This document shows positions 1 to 14,425 of a DNA stretch of 64,000 nt, piece by piece. The DNA is from Octopus sinensis (Eukaryota), in the NCBI RefSeq assembly GCF_006345805.1, contig NC_043009.1, forward strand, positions 2,976,001 to 3,040,000, read 5' to 3'. Below the pieces are notes generated by a model. That model saw nothing but the letters and a program-made list of their open reading frames with translations. It ran no database searches and was not told the origin of the DNA. Within the stretch, counting starts at the first letter, position 1, and every line of letters starts with the position of its first letter. A program made the translations under genes and the position numbers.

Positions 1-228
1 ATACCAGCTATTAACGCTGCTGTGCTTGTTACACTGCGTGACCCAGAGGCCTCTCATATTCCAGCTACCTTATTTGCTGTCCACGTAGCTTCGGCTGTCT
101 TGTTCACTTCACTCAGATAAGAACTGCTCTCTCCTAACAAGTCCAACACTAGCCCTGCCGTCTATAATCACCCTACCATCTTCAGCATTCTGGGTCATCT
201 CATCAAGCCGCTGCATCGCCTCAGTTGA
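1..228 (-). mobile_element. Fragment of a non-LTR retrotransposon (ORF1 end / start of ORF2 APE endonuclease), decayed
   Basis: Minus-strand translation reads ...DSK*GSWNMRGLWV..., resembling APE domain I (xSWNvRGL). It has in-frame stops, is cut by a (TA)n array and runs off the window edge. Confidence 0.4.
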
Positions 229-237
229 TATATATAA

Positions 238-306
<69 letters not shown>

Positions 307-401
307 GAATAAGGGTAGAAATTGTAATAATCAATTAAAACCAGTGGCCTAGCGTATTAAAGAAATCCGAAGATTAAAATATTTTTACATACATGTATGT
401 A

Positions 402-432
<31 letters not shown>

Positions 433-434
<2 letters not shown>

Positions 435-1352
435 CACAATCAAGGAATGGCCATAATAGGCCATTCACCCACTAGAAATAACAGCCAAAGCTTCAACCGC
501 AAAATAACATTAATTCCGCAAACCAGGAGAAAATTAAAAAAACATTTACCCTGTAATTTCTTATACGGGCTTGATTTAATTTAATCAGGTTAGTTTACCA
601 TTAAACAATAGATGAAACGGTGCATCGTATAAGAAATTACAGGGTAAATGTTTTTTTTTTAATTTTCTCCTGGTTTGCGGAATTAATGTTATTTTGCGGT
701 TGAAGCTTTGGCTGTTATTTCTAGTGGGTGAATGGCCTATTATGGCCATTCCTTGATTGTGATGTTGAACTTATAAATGGTCTATGACTATTTAATTTTT
801 TCCCACTAGGCCGCTGGTGGCAAATAAATTCTACGAAATTTTTTGCCACCCTATATTGATTAATTATGAATTTTCTGGTTAATTCCGTAATGGAATCGGC
901 GGCTTATATTTGCTGCCGATAAATTTGGCGCGAGTGCGATGATTTGAAAGTTTTAGGTCAGATATTGCCGAGGGAAGGATAGAGGTACCTCGTGATAATA
1001 TCTGCTGGGATCTGGCTGTTTCTTACTGACGAATCTATCGGCCTATGGAAAATTGGCTTGATTTAATTTAATCAGGTTAGTTTACCATTAAACAATAGAT
1101 GAAACGGTGCATCGTATAAGAAATTACAGGGTAAATGTTTTTTTTAATTTTCTCCTGGTTTGCGGAATTAATGTTATTTTGCGGTTGAAGCTTTGGCTGT
1201 TATTTCTAGTGGGTGAATGGCCTATTATGGCCATTCCTTGATTGTGATGTTGAACTTATAAATGGTCTATGACTATTTAATTTTTTCCCACTAGGCCGCT
1301 GGTGGCAAATAAATTCTACGAAATTTTTTGCCACCCTATATTGATTAATTAT
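433..1352 (+). mobile_element. Hammerhead-bearing short element: inverted 5' arm plus a 487-bp tandem duplication (Penelope/retrozyme-like)
   Basis: 433-567 is the reverse complement of 626-763. 568-867 recurs at 1055-1352, differing visibly only in T-run length. HHR core lies at 1026-1113 and both flanks are (TA)n. Confidence 0.7.
1019..1123 (+). ncRNA. Type I hammerhead motif, partly degenerate
   Basis: CTGACGA (1026-1032), stem II ATCTAT/ATAGAT (1033-1038/1095-1100), GAAAC (1101-1105), ATC (1111-1113). Stem I TTTCTTA/TAAGAAA is offset by a bulge and stem III is imperfect. Confidence 0.6.
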
Positions 1353-1362
1353 AAAAAACATA

Positions 1363-1393
<31 letters not shown>

Positions 1394-1417
1394 CAGATAC
1401 ATATAGATACATACATG

Positions 1418-1478
<61 letters not shown>

Positions 1479-1509
1479 ATACATGTCTCTGTGTGTGTGT
1501 GGATGTATA

Positions 1510-1728
1510 TATATTCTTTTATTGTTTTATTTTTTAGTTATTTGACTGTGGCAATGCTGCAGCACCCCTTTATGCAAAGAAATCAAATCCAGGAATTATA
1601 CTTTGTAAGTCCTGTACTTATTCCATCGGACCCTTTTACTAAACCCGTACGTTATGGGGACGTAAACACACCAAAATCGATTGCCGTGTGAATCGTGGGG
1701 CGCGGGGACAAACACTCACACAAACATA

Positions 1729-1800
<72 letters not shown>

Positions 1801-1960
1801 GTATAAATAAATGCGATGGCGTCTTCAAGTCTCTGTCTACCAAAACCACTCGACCAACAACATAGTAGAAGACACTTGCTCACGGTGCTACGCCGTGGGA
1901 CAGAACCAGGAAGCATGCGGTTGCGTAGCCACCTTCTCACGACGCAACCCATCCTGCGCT
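1510..1960 (-). mobile_element. tRNA-derived SINE, family A, with internal microsatellite
   Basis: Reverse complement of the family seen at 7273-7702; the two halves are separated by (TACA)n/(TA)n. Confidence 0.8.
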
Positions 1961-1970
1961 TATATATATG

Positions 1971-2002
<32 letters not shown>

Positions 2003-2255
2003 CCCATGGTAATATGCACACGTGTATATGTGTACGTGTATACATACGGACATGCATTCATACATATACACATGTGCATCAGTATGCATAAAAAAGGGAG
2101 GACATAGAGACGCCTGCGAAGTGATGAAAGAAAAATTGCGTGGGAGATAGAATATAAAACAGCAGTGCATTGTGTTACGAGGTTACGTTCAGTATATTGG
2201 AACGCATCTGCAATAATGCAACTTCGAATGACATTCAAAACATACCTGCGTGTTA

Positions 2256-2293
2256 ATAACAACAACAACAACAACAACACCAATGATGCTAAA

Positions 2294-2324
<31 letters not shown>

Positions 2325-2404
2325 TAATAATAATAATGATAATAATGATAATAATGATAATAATAATAATAATGATAATAATAATAATAATAATGATAAT
2401 AATA

Positions 2405-2461
<57 letters not shown>

Positions 2462-2616
2462 ATGATGATCATGATGATGGCAGTAATAAAAATAAGACAA
2501 CTACAATACAGAGCGGAGGTTTTAGAGTATCTTATTTCTTTGATGATCACTGTCTTTTATGATGCATTATACAACTAACTCCACGTTCTGCTTCACAATT
2601 ATAATTTGCAATAATG

Positions 2617-2683
<67 letters not shown>

Positions 2684-2690
2684 TAATAAT
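2256..2690. repeat. Compound (AAC)n/(AAT)n/(GAT)n microsatellites
   Basis: Visible directly; source of the poly-I, poly-M, poly-N and poly-H ORFs. Confidence 0.95.
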
Positions 2691-3271
2691 ATGAAGAGTA
2701 AAAAGCAGTCGAAGCACAATAAAATAAAGTATAATACTAATAAAATTAACAAGTTGAAAAAAAAGACAAAGCAAAATGGATAATAAGGAACAAGAAGATC
2801 TTGAACAAAAATATGTATTACTATAGATGATAATAGAAATATGATTATTAACATTAATAAGCCAACTTGTAGAGCTGCAGGCAAGTGGGGTATGAGATGC
2901 AGATCACGTCATCATAGTTATACGCTATCACACACGTGTTTTGTATGACTTTCTTATTATTATTTTCTCACAGAGAAGTACGTTCGAAACGTCACTAAAG
3001 TCACTTATATGAGACAAGTTCCATTGAAGATTCCTCATTTATTCACAGCAAAGGCAGCGCATGCCTTCTTTGAATATCATTCTTTTGTGTTATTTGCTGT
3101 AATTCTTGTTAATTTCCTTACTTTATCTACATATCTACATAAATTGAACACGTATATATATATATGTACATATATATATATATATATAATTGCACATATA
3201 CACCTATACGGATGAAATATAAATAAATATGAATGCATATATATTATATATATATGTATATATATATATGC

Positions 3272-3324
<53 letters not shown>

Positions 3325-3385
3325 TTTTATATATATATATTTATACGCGTGTGTGTGTGTGTATGTATGTATATATATAAATAAA

Positions 3386-3442
<57 letters not shown>

Positions 3443-5504
3443 GCATACCTTTTTTAATACATGCAAAAGAATGAGAGAATTATCTGTAATCTTCAGATAT
3501 TTATCGCCATAATTTTAAAAGCTCAAATTGAGAATTCAACATGAGTAGGCACCTGAATGTCGATCACTTGAGATTTTAGCTGTTGCGTCGAGTAGGATTT
3601 GGCTCCAAAGGTAATCTAAAGTTGTTACTCGCCTTTGAATGAAATCACATTATGGACTTCTTCGACTTTATGACGACAGTTTGCCGTTCCTTTAAAACAG
3701 TAATAAGATGCTAAAAGCGATAGGCATGCTGACGAATTGGTAACAAGAAAATACTCTATATAACAAATGAATAAATAAATAATTATATAATGGATATCAA
3801 ATAGAGAAACTTATACTAATAGAAGAAGAAGAATGAAAGAATGAGGGGGAAGAGAAGAAGAAAGACCAAATAGAAGTGGATATTGTTCTTGAAACCTTTA
3901 ATTTCAGAACGTAAATAAAAATAAAAATATTAAATAATAAACAATGATCATAAAAAAAGTTGAAACTGCAAACGAAAGTTTTGTATTTATTTAATTAAGT
4001 TAAATGGTCTGATAAATGTTGCAGATAACATTGATGAAATCAAAGCAAAGAGAGGTGGTGGAGAGAGAGAGAGAGAATGATAGAGATAGAGACAAAAATG
4101 TGAGACTCTGCATAAGAAAGAAAAGAGGACTTTTTTTTTCGTTTACTTTCCATGTTTTTTATTCCGTTGACTTCTTTGACTTCTCGTCTTATGTTTTTGC
4201 CGTTTGTAATTAATTTTGTTGTTCTTTTATTCTATATAATATCCTTTTTTTTCTGCTATTCTTCTCTTTCATTGCAAATAAATATAATCGTAAACGAATA
4301 ATTACCTGTCATCTAAAGAACTTTAGAAAATGAATTTTTACTTCTCACAGTATAATCATATGATGGAAGAGAGTTTTTGTTTTTTGTATATTTTTTATTG
4401 CGATTAACACCTTTTGTATTCAAAGTAAAAGTGGTAAGCAATAAAGATTCTAAAAAATATGAATAATAAATTAGTGTAATATAATGTAAAATATGTATTC
4501 TATCAAAGAATATATTACAGCTTAAAATATAAAAAAAAACAAGATATGAACAAAAGCACAGTAACCTACTGAAAAGTTTGTAATGAGGATTACAAAAATA
4601 TATTTGTGTATGTGAAAATGTACACGAACACGCATATCTACTCACACACGAATATACACACATCCATACACGTATATACATCAATGACACGTTAGGAGGA
4701 GAAAGTTTGTTTCAGAGGTTGCTTTATGCATATTTTAATTTTTATTTCATCCATGCAACGTCAAGGAACATAGCGCTTAATTCCCGATCCTTTATTTTGA
4801 AATTCAAGTTGAGTATCGGTATTAAAAAAGCCACGGATAGGCGCAGGGGATTCCAAGTCTTGTAGAGACAAATAGCTGCATGGCAATTAAATTCCTTTGG
4901 TATGGTTATGTGATGAAATCCATATTCATTTTGTTTCTGTCAATCTACCCACCTTTAACAGGCAAAGCAATATATTAAAGTTCCTTAACAATCAAATCTG
5001 TAAACTAGCTATGAATTAAAACGGTATAATAGGAAAACAATTGATATGATTTTCCTTCAAAGTATCACTATTTATTCGATAAAATTTAAAACACGTAAAA
5101 ACGTTTTCAAATTTGTACATAATTCACTAACAAAATATACGAAGATGAATCTTTAACACCCTTTGGGAATCTTAAAATGGCGTTTGCGATAAACTTGTAG
5201 AATTTTGAATATTTCTTTCCTCTACCGAACGCGTTATACATATATATAGAGTTTTCTCTATTTATTTATTTATTTCTCTTTAAATTTCTAAATGATTCTC
5301 CATGAGCACAACAGACACAAAAAGACACAAGAGAAACAGACACGCACGCGCATGCGCGCACAATGCACAAAATCACGTCCACGCAAAACCGCACGCGCAC
5401 ACACTTCTATCTATGTATCTAGCTATATATGTATGCATGTATGTAATTATGTATGTGTATATATATATATATATATGAGTGTGTGTGTGTGTTAGTATGT
5501 ACAT

Positions 5505-5973
5505 CGAAATACTTAAGGACTACTTCCGATGTATTCACATGATAACATAACGACAAATGACTTTTATTCATGGAAGATGGGGTTCCATGCCACACAGCGA
5601 AAAGGTATCAACAACGGCTGGCTGAAAATGGGATCAAAGAGCTTCATTGGCCGAGTGAATCTCGTGACATGAACCTAATTGAAAATGTTTGGAGCATACT
5701 AGATAGAGCTATATTAAAAACGCGACAGAAACTTAAATCTAAAGGTGAATCGTTTCGATTTTTGCGTGAAATGTGGGCAGAAATTCCACAAGAGACAATC
5801 ACGAAAATCATCAGTTCAAAGCCAAAAAGATATTCTGAATTAAACACTGGAAAGAGAATTTTAACGAGATAAAGTATGTAGTCCTTCCATCGATTACATT
5901 TCATTGTTCGTTTTGCGTATTAAGTAAGAGGTTTTGAAAATTAAAGGTGTCTATTTACTCCTGCATGCCTGTG
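5505..5973 (+). mobile_element. Tc1-family transposon 3' remnant (DD34E transposase C-terminus)
   Basis: ORF 5570-5872: EDGVPCHTAK...WPSESRDMNLIENVW, with 34 residues between the second D and the E, matching Tc1 QDNAPCH/WPSQSPDLNPIEN. A probable TIR end is followed by TA at 5974. Confidence 0.85.
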
Positions 5974-6013
5974 TATATGTATGTATGCATATATATATAT
6001 ATATATTATATAT

Positions 6014-6045
<32 letters not shown>

Positions 6046-6051
6046 ATATAT

Positions 6052-6107
<56 letters not shown>

Positions 6108-6110
<3 letters not shown>

Positions 6111-6660
6111 TAAGTAATTAAGGGTTTAGCAACGGTTTGCCTCACCACACACCGAATTTAGAAATAGCAGTCAAAGAGTTATAGCTATTCTTTCTACTAA
6201 AAGGGAGATCTCAGTAAAACCACAGCACTTGAAAGGCAAACACAGACAGGCAAGAGAGAAATAAATGACGGCAATCTATCATACAATTTTAAGTCACCTA
6301 CGGACGTACGTTTCGAAATTAAGTTTTAGGAAAGCATAAGAATTAGATAATTTCTCATCAGCGTAGGACACTATAATTATGAATAATTATTAAATTTCGT
6401 GGTACTAGAAGCGCGTGTTTGCCTTACAAGTGGTGTGGTTTTACTGAGATCTCCCTTTTAGTAGAAAGAATAGCTATAACTCTTTGACTGCTATTTCTAA
6501 ATTCGGTGTGTGGTGAGGCAAATCGGTGCTAAACCCTTAATTACTTAGTATTACTGATAACCATATTTCATCCCAGTAAATGACCACAACATCTTGTCTA
6601 AATTCGGTGTGTGGTAAGGCAAATCGTTGCTAAACCCTTAATTACTTAGTATTACTTAAA
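6108..6660 (-). mobile_element. Fold-back element with a central hammerhead
   Basis: Inverted arms 6108-6243/6415-6550, a partial direct repeat at about 6599-6655, and a (TA)n left flank. Confidence 0.75.
6297..6367 (-). ncRNA. Type I hammerhead ribozyme with canonical core
   Basis: Minus strand: CCTACG-CTGATGA-GAAATTA(26 nt)TAATTTC-GAAA-CGTACG-TC-CGTAGG. Stem I is 6 bp, stem II is 7 bp, stem III is palindromic, and the cleavage triplet is GUC. Confidence 0.88.
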
Positions 6661-6764
6661 CTTTCCTCGAATGAGGCTTTTACATGCCTTAATGCCCTTA
6701 CTACTCCTTAATGCCCTTACTATAATTATATTTATATAATTATATATTTTATATGTGTATATAT

Positions 6765-6798
<34 letters not shown>

Positions 6799-6802
6799 CA
6801 TT

Positions 6803-6990
6803 GCTTACCACCCTGTTCGTGCCGGGTTCAGACCCATTGCGTGACACCTTGGATAGTGTCTTCCACTATAGCCTCAGGCCGATCAAAGTCTTGTGAGTGG
6901 ATGTGGTTGACGGAAATGTACAAATAAGTGTGTGTGTGTGTGTTTTATGTATCTGTGTTTGTCCCAACTTAACATTTCGGTAAAAGACCC
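6803..6990 (+). mobile_element. SINE family A, truncated and diverged
   Basis: Matches the 5' half of 7273-7702. Confidence 0.65.
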
Positions 6991-7272
6991 CTAAAGAATA
7001 TATATATACATATAAATATATACATATGTATACATACATATAAACATATACACATATATGGGTAAATGTGCCTATACGGTTGCACAAACAATCCGGCATA
7101 AATCAACCTTGCATACTGATACTCCATTTTTGTTTGTAAACAGGAGTATTTGCGCATGTGCATATACGCGTGCTACATTGTATATATTCGCTGCATTTCT
7201 ACCAATTTTTATATGATCCTCATTTGTTGAACATTATGTGTATAAATATTTCAGAATATATATATATACATA

Positions 7273-7433
7273 GGCGCAGGGGTGACTGTGTGGTAAGTAG
7301 CTTGCTTACCAACCACATGGTTCCGGGTTCAGTCCCACTGCGTGGCACCTTGGGCAAGTGTCTTCTACTATAGCCTCGGGCCAACCAAAGATTGTGAGTG
7401 GATTTGGTAGACGGAAACTGAAAGAAGCCCGTC

Positions 7434-7479
<46 letters not shown>

Positions 7480-7702
7480 ATATGTTTGTGTGTCTGTGTT
7501 TGTCCCTCCACCATTGCTTGACAACCGATGGTGTTGTGTTTACGTCCCCGTAACTTAGCGGTTCAGCAAAAGAGAATGATAGAATAAGTACTGGGCTTCC
7601 AAAGAATAAGTGCTGGGGTCAATTTACTCGACTAAAAGGCGGTGCTCCAGCATGGCCGTAGTCAAATGACTGAAACAAGTAAAAGAGTAAAATAGTAAAA
7701 TA
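7273..7702 (+). mobile_element. tRNA-derived SINE family A, full length
   Basis: Pol III A-box-like (GTGTGGTAAG) and B-box-like (GGTTCAGTCC) head, internal (TA)n(TG)n, and a GTAAAAGA/GTAAAATA tail; at least 8 copies in the window. Confidence 0.85.
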
Positions 7703-7709
7703 GTATATA

Positions 7710-8215
7710 TCTATATATATAAAACTCTAGTTGTGTGAGTGTCTGTCCCCTTCGATTTAGATTCCTAACTCCTCCCACATTTTGCGGTGCAGTTTAACCA
7801 AATTCGGGTATCTTATAGTCGTGATTCATATCAAGCCCGTCTGACTATTAGCGCGCGTCAACGATGAGTCTACGATTTTAAAAATAATTTAACATCATTT
7901 TTTATTCCATTTTAATGCATAAAATGCATCGTGTGTCGATGGCAGCGGAGTTGGCGTCCACGCTCACAGCTGCACCTGTTTGCTTCTCCCCCTTCCCTCC
8001 CTCGTGAAGCTGTGGGGAAGGGAGTGTAAAGAAATCAACGTCGTAATGCGTTGTGAAGGAAACCAGCGTTCTTTTAGAACAACGACTTCATGGCTTGAAG
8101 ACACCAAAACAAAAATGGCTAAGAAAGCCCGAATTTATAAGGGAAGTAACTCTCTAAAAATGCTTATATAGTTATTTCCCTTACAAATCCGAGCAACGCC
8201 GGGCGATACTGCTAG
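7710..8215 (+). mobile_element. Non-autonomous Helitron
   Basis: 5' TC, subterminal CCG-AGCAACGC-CGG hairpin, 3' CTAG, inserted between A and T. A second copy lies at 57864-58375. Confidence 0.8.
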
Positions 8216-8467
8216 TATATATATATATATATAATGAAAGCATTTTATAACAACTTGCATTTTCCAGGTTATGTGTTGGTATGCCTTCATATTTGCATAC
8301 TTCATGAAACTCATTGATTTTCAAGTATGCATAAACATACATCAAAAAGTCACAAATTAGCGTTACTTAGACTGGTGGATGTACATATGCACTCATATAA
8401 ACTTACACAGTTATATATACATATATATATTTCTATATATATATCAGGTCTCGTATGAATGTTTGTG

Positions 8468-8516
<49 letters not shown>

Positions 8517-9003
8517 GCGTATATGCGTGTCTGTACGTGTGTGTCTGTGGTTCTTCCTCTCTGTATGTGCGTTCCATCTTTAAATTCTTGTATAAAAACT
8601 GATTTGATATGCGGTCGACAGCATTTTCAAATGTCTGTAATTTTACATTCTCTCCACTCTTATCATTTAAAATTACTCCCACCCTCTCTCACCTGCTATC
8701 TTTCTCTGTTACTCATTCTCTCTGTCTGTCTCTCTGTTTATCTCTCCACTTCTTTCGTTCTGTCTATGTCTATATCTCTGTCTCTGTCTCTCTCTCTCTC
8801 TTTCCATGTCACACTCTTCTTTATCCTCTCATTCAATTTCCCTCACTTTCCAAATCACAAACGTAGCTTACAAATTCTTGCTTTAACAACGAAAAAGAAT
8901 TATTCAAAATCACACTGTTACCAATATATATATATACATATATATATATATATGTATATATTTATATATATATATATGTATAGTTATATATATATATATA
9001 TAT

Positions 9004-9096
<93 letters not shown>

Positions 9097-9372
9097 TATA
9101 CAGAATAATAAAAGAATGCATAGACAAATCAATGATATAAATATTGCCTGATTTAATATTTTACAAGTCATTTAAAGCATGTTTCCTCTAACAAATATCG
9201 GATAAAATACTTTAAAATATAGTTTGCTTACACTGGTTGTTTCAACAGTTGCTTCTGAGTTGGTTTCTTTCTTTCCTTTCTAATTTGTTTTTCACATTCG
9301 ATTTTCGTAATATTTCTCTCTATTTATAGTTTTATATTATTTTCCCCACATTAAAGAATCCATGAGACGCGC

Positions 9373-9429
<57 letters not shown>

Positions 9430-9533
9430 TTAAAAAAGCTGTAGTTTGTATTTATGTATGTATTCTTACTCAAACACAGACATAAAACAGATTACACGAA
9501 TATGCTAATAGAAGCCTATATATGAATACATGA

Positions 9534-9617
<84 letters not shown>

Positions 9618-12600
9618 GTGTGTGTGTGAGTGTGTATGTGTGTCTGTATGTATATATATATATATGTGTGTATATGTATGTATATAGGTATATATATATA
9701 TGCACATACATATATACATATGTATGTATATGTATATATATATATAATTTATTTATACATATGCATATGGGTATACATATACGAATATATACATATAAAA
9801 AATACATTTATACACATACATGTATATGCATATATATATAGATATTTACATATATATATATGCAAATACATATATATATATATATATACATACATTCATA
9901 TATATATATATATATATACATGTATATACATACATATATATACATGTATATATATATACATATACATGTATGTATGTTTGTATGTATGTTTACCTATACT
10001 TATACACATATATACATACAAACGTATACATTTACATTATTGGTAAGATAACTGATTCTTTTTTCCTGCTCAACGTTTCGCAGTTATCTTTGATTACCTA
10101 AGATGTTATGTGATCCGATATATACACGAATACATTTTTGTATGTTTGTTTGTGTGATTGTGCGTGTATATCTGTACATTTTCTATCTGTACGTAATATT
10201 TGCATAATTTTTCACTATATTTACTTGGAAGTATTTTTCACCATTGAAGCAAATTATTTTTCAGATGATAAAGTCGAACAAATATTGAAGAAGAAAAAAC
10301 TATAGATATAACATAAACGTTTTCACCAAATTCACTGAATTATTAAGCGACTGACTCTGTTTTTTCTGTCTGTTTACCTCATTATACCTCATTTTATGCA
10401 TGCTTATTGTATTTTAATGTTTATTTAGCTGAATATCAGGACAGTACATATTCTAACATTGATATATATATAACTTTTACAATACTCTTTGAAAATGATA
10501 TTTTTATAAATATTTTTATTTAATTATGTTTAACCTCACTGAATATTATCACCAATAAAATTGGAGCGCTATTTATTATTCAATATAAAATTTTTCTGTT
10601 GCTTCGGAAATGGTGTACCTATCGTTGTTGTATTTGGTAGATGCGTCGTTAACTTTGCAAAAACAAACAAAAAAAAACAAAGAATAATATTTTATGTGTT
10701 TTATTGTCTCCCTCGTTAAACATGTCAATTTTTACTCTGTGATAAATTTTTACAGGAAAATTCATAATTACGAACTGAATATACATATTAGGAATATGGA
10801 CTAAAATTCAAATTCTTGTTTCCAAATAACAAAGACTCACATGCACATCATAGTAGAAATATTAAGTCAAAACTATATTAGAACTCATGGTAGAAATATA
10901 TCTCCTGTATTCTAGTATCCTCGTGTATAGTTTTGACTTACGTTTTGTGTCATTTAGCATCATTTACAGATATTTAGTTGTTGGCTACCACATTGTAGAA
11001 TTTTTACTGGAAGCGTAGTTCAGTAAAAAGAATAAGATGTTTAGATACAACAACAACAGTTTTTTCCCTTATGTAAAGAATACGTGGAACTTTAGAAGAA
11101 ATTTTATGCAAAGTAAAGATTTACTATCCATCATCGTGTACAGAAAAGGATACATTTTAATATGTTTAGAAGAAAACAATTTTACGCCTGTAAATATAAT
11201 GGATACTGGATGCAAATACGAAACCATATTTAGAAAAATTAGGTTTGGCTACGAAAGAAAATAAATTAAATTACATATGAAAAGTACCATACAATGTTAT
11301 CTGTGAATACTAGTATCTGGAAACAAAAGATATTCCACGGTAAAAGCTGGTGCTAAAAAGGCAGCATATTATAATTAACTGCAGACAAAGCAAATATTTT
11401 AATATTACTGCACAGCAAGAAACAGGCGAAAATTAATGGTTTCACATAGAAACTTATGTTTCAGTGAAAAGTATAGTCTCCAAAGCAAGCCGCAAAGTAC
11501 AATAAATGTTTATATACTCATTGTAAAGCTTTATTCAATTATCATCTTCAAAACCTAAGTAATTCTCTTATTCAGAAATAGCTAAATCTGCGATGCCAAT
11601 GACTCAAATCTCATTCTTCCCACCAGGAACCATATTCCTGTCTTTGTCACTGGAATTCTCTTCAATAGGAAGTTGTTTATCAATGCTTTTATTCAGGCAA
11701 CACAAAGTTAGCCAGAGGATATAAAGTTCCATTGAAATTATTATAAAGTAACTCGGTCTTTTCTATAAATTCACACGCCTCATAATAATTAAGTTTTTAG
11801 TCTCTCGATCGTTAAGGTGTGGGTCCGTATCTCGGAGAGAGCGGCGTGTTGTATTCTGGAACATGGGGTCTACATATATTCATGTTGTCCCGATCTACTG
11901 AGATACAGATGAAAATCTACGGCAGCTGGAGGGGATGTGAAATAGCAATTGTAGCCGTCCAATTCATCGACTTTTTTCTACTCTTAATCTCCTTATTTTA
12001 AAAGTTTCCTGGAATAGGTTTGGTTTTATGAAACAGGAGAGACACATACAATCATTCTGTACCTTAAAGGATATACTCACAAACAAATTGGCGAAACACT
12101 AGCCTCTACTAATATTACATATAGGAGTACAAAAGCTCAGTTTAGTAACTTGGCGAATCTTTGTAATATTACTGCGATTACATAATGGAGAGACGAGTAA
12201 CAACGACCAGGTGAGAATGACATTTGTTTCTAAACATATTTATTCGAACCAGTATTGCCGCATTACATGCAATACAAGAAATTACCTACCAGATATTTTC
12301 AGGAAGGTTCGTTACAACTAATCATATAGAGGTATATGTTCATAGATAATGACGTCCAGATGAGTATCAAGAACAAAAATAACCGAGACGTTTTATTGGA
12401 AATTACATATTTAAATTCTCTTTTCATATAATATATCAAAAATGTGTGATTTCTATCAACTCACTCTACGACATAATTGTATTTATGCTCACGAATACAT
12501 AATCACATTAGTTTGTAGCAAAGGATTCGATCTCATGTTTGCCACATACGAATTTCAAACCGTAGCTTAAACACGGTTTGATCACGTGCCTCGTGCCTAA

Positions 12601-13107
12601 ACGAGTTACTGTCCAATAAGCAGCTGTTGTGCACGTCGTAGCTTCTCCAGATCTTCTGGAAACTTCTATACATATAGCCTATAAGTAAAGTTCAATTTTG
12701 CAGCATTTTGCTGAGTATGTTGGATGTCCGAGCAGAACTACCTTCTTCACTTTTGCTGGGCGCAGTATAAACCCTATAGGCAACTATAATCGTCAGTAAT
12801 AGTGATTGTATGTAGAAGGATACGTATTGCTAGAAATAATAGTTAAACCACCTACAGCTACGTTGATGACCATCTATTTATACTAACAGGGTAGATAAAT
12901 ACCTCACAAATGTAGGAACGCTGCAACAGTTTCGCCCTAATGTGAATTATCAACAGTGTGCTTTCATTGTTTCTATAATGACTATATATATGTGTGTGTG
13001 TGTGTATGCATGTATGTATGTCTGTGTGCTTGTGTGTATGGGTCTGTGTATGTATTTATGTATGTATACATGTATATGTATATTTATATATATGCATATA
13101 TATATGT

Positions 13108-13179
<72 letters not shown>

Positions 13180-13304
13180 ATGTTCGTGTGTGTGTGTGTG
13201 TGTGTGTGTGTATGCATCCATATAGAACACGCTTGCAAGTAAAGCAGAATGAATGTATCTGTTTAATGAAGACATATATAACTGTATTGACAGTTCGATA
13301 GTGA

Positions 13305-13470
<166 letters not shown>

Positions 13471-13902
13471 TTTATAGATAGATAGATACAGGGAGAGACA
13501 GTAATAAAAGAGAGAGATAGCGAGAGGGAGGTAAATTCACATTAAACCTGCAGAATGGATGATTATACAATAAAAAATTGTTGATAAAATCTTTGAAGAT
13601 ATAGTATCGAACCAATTTAATTAGACAACATCTGTCATCATAAATTGCTATTATAATCATCAAAGGAGCATTGTCATATAAAATACATTGAGTAACTGAA
13701 GATTTTGTAATATTACGCATGAAAATAATAATGGAACCGGTTACACACTTGGAAATTATATTACTTCCAAATGTTTCCATATTCATATTTTCAAAGACAT
13801 GAGAAAATATATATATGGGGCAATGCACATAAACAGATATATGTGGATATATACATGTATAGAAGTATATATACATATATATGTATGTGTGCGTATATGT
13901 GC

Positions 13903-13972
<70 letters not shown>

Positions 13973-14128
13973 CTGTGTGTTTGTGTGTGTGCGTATGTGT
14001 TTCTATCTATCTATATATCTATCTTTATACATACACACACACACAAACACATTTGTATATATACTTATTTATATACATGCACATATATACTTACGTATGT
14101 ATGCAAACATATTTGCATATATATGTGC

Positions 14129-14164
<36 letters not shown>

Positions 14165-14425
14165 AATATACATATATATATACACAAACACATGCACTCA
14201 CACACACGCTCACACACACACACACACACACACACAGATATATACATATATGAAATTTTTGATGCAGTGTAAAATCTTCACATAGATTAATAACCTTTTA
14301 CTTTTGTAATAGTCTATTAAATATTTATTACGAAAATGCTTTGCATATTTGAGAACGAAATGCAACTCAAAAATGGCGAAAATTAAAAACGGAGTCTTAG
14401 TGTCTTAAACGTAACATTCTATATA

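Noticed and set aside
2965-3000. GTTCGAAACGTC with weak upstream similarity to pLTR hammerheads
   Set aside because: The 5' core and stems are too degenerate to call.
11037-12001. Short ORFs in unique AT-rich sequence, including a signal-peptide-like MELYILWLTLCC
   Set aside because: No homology recognised and no consistent splice structure.
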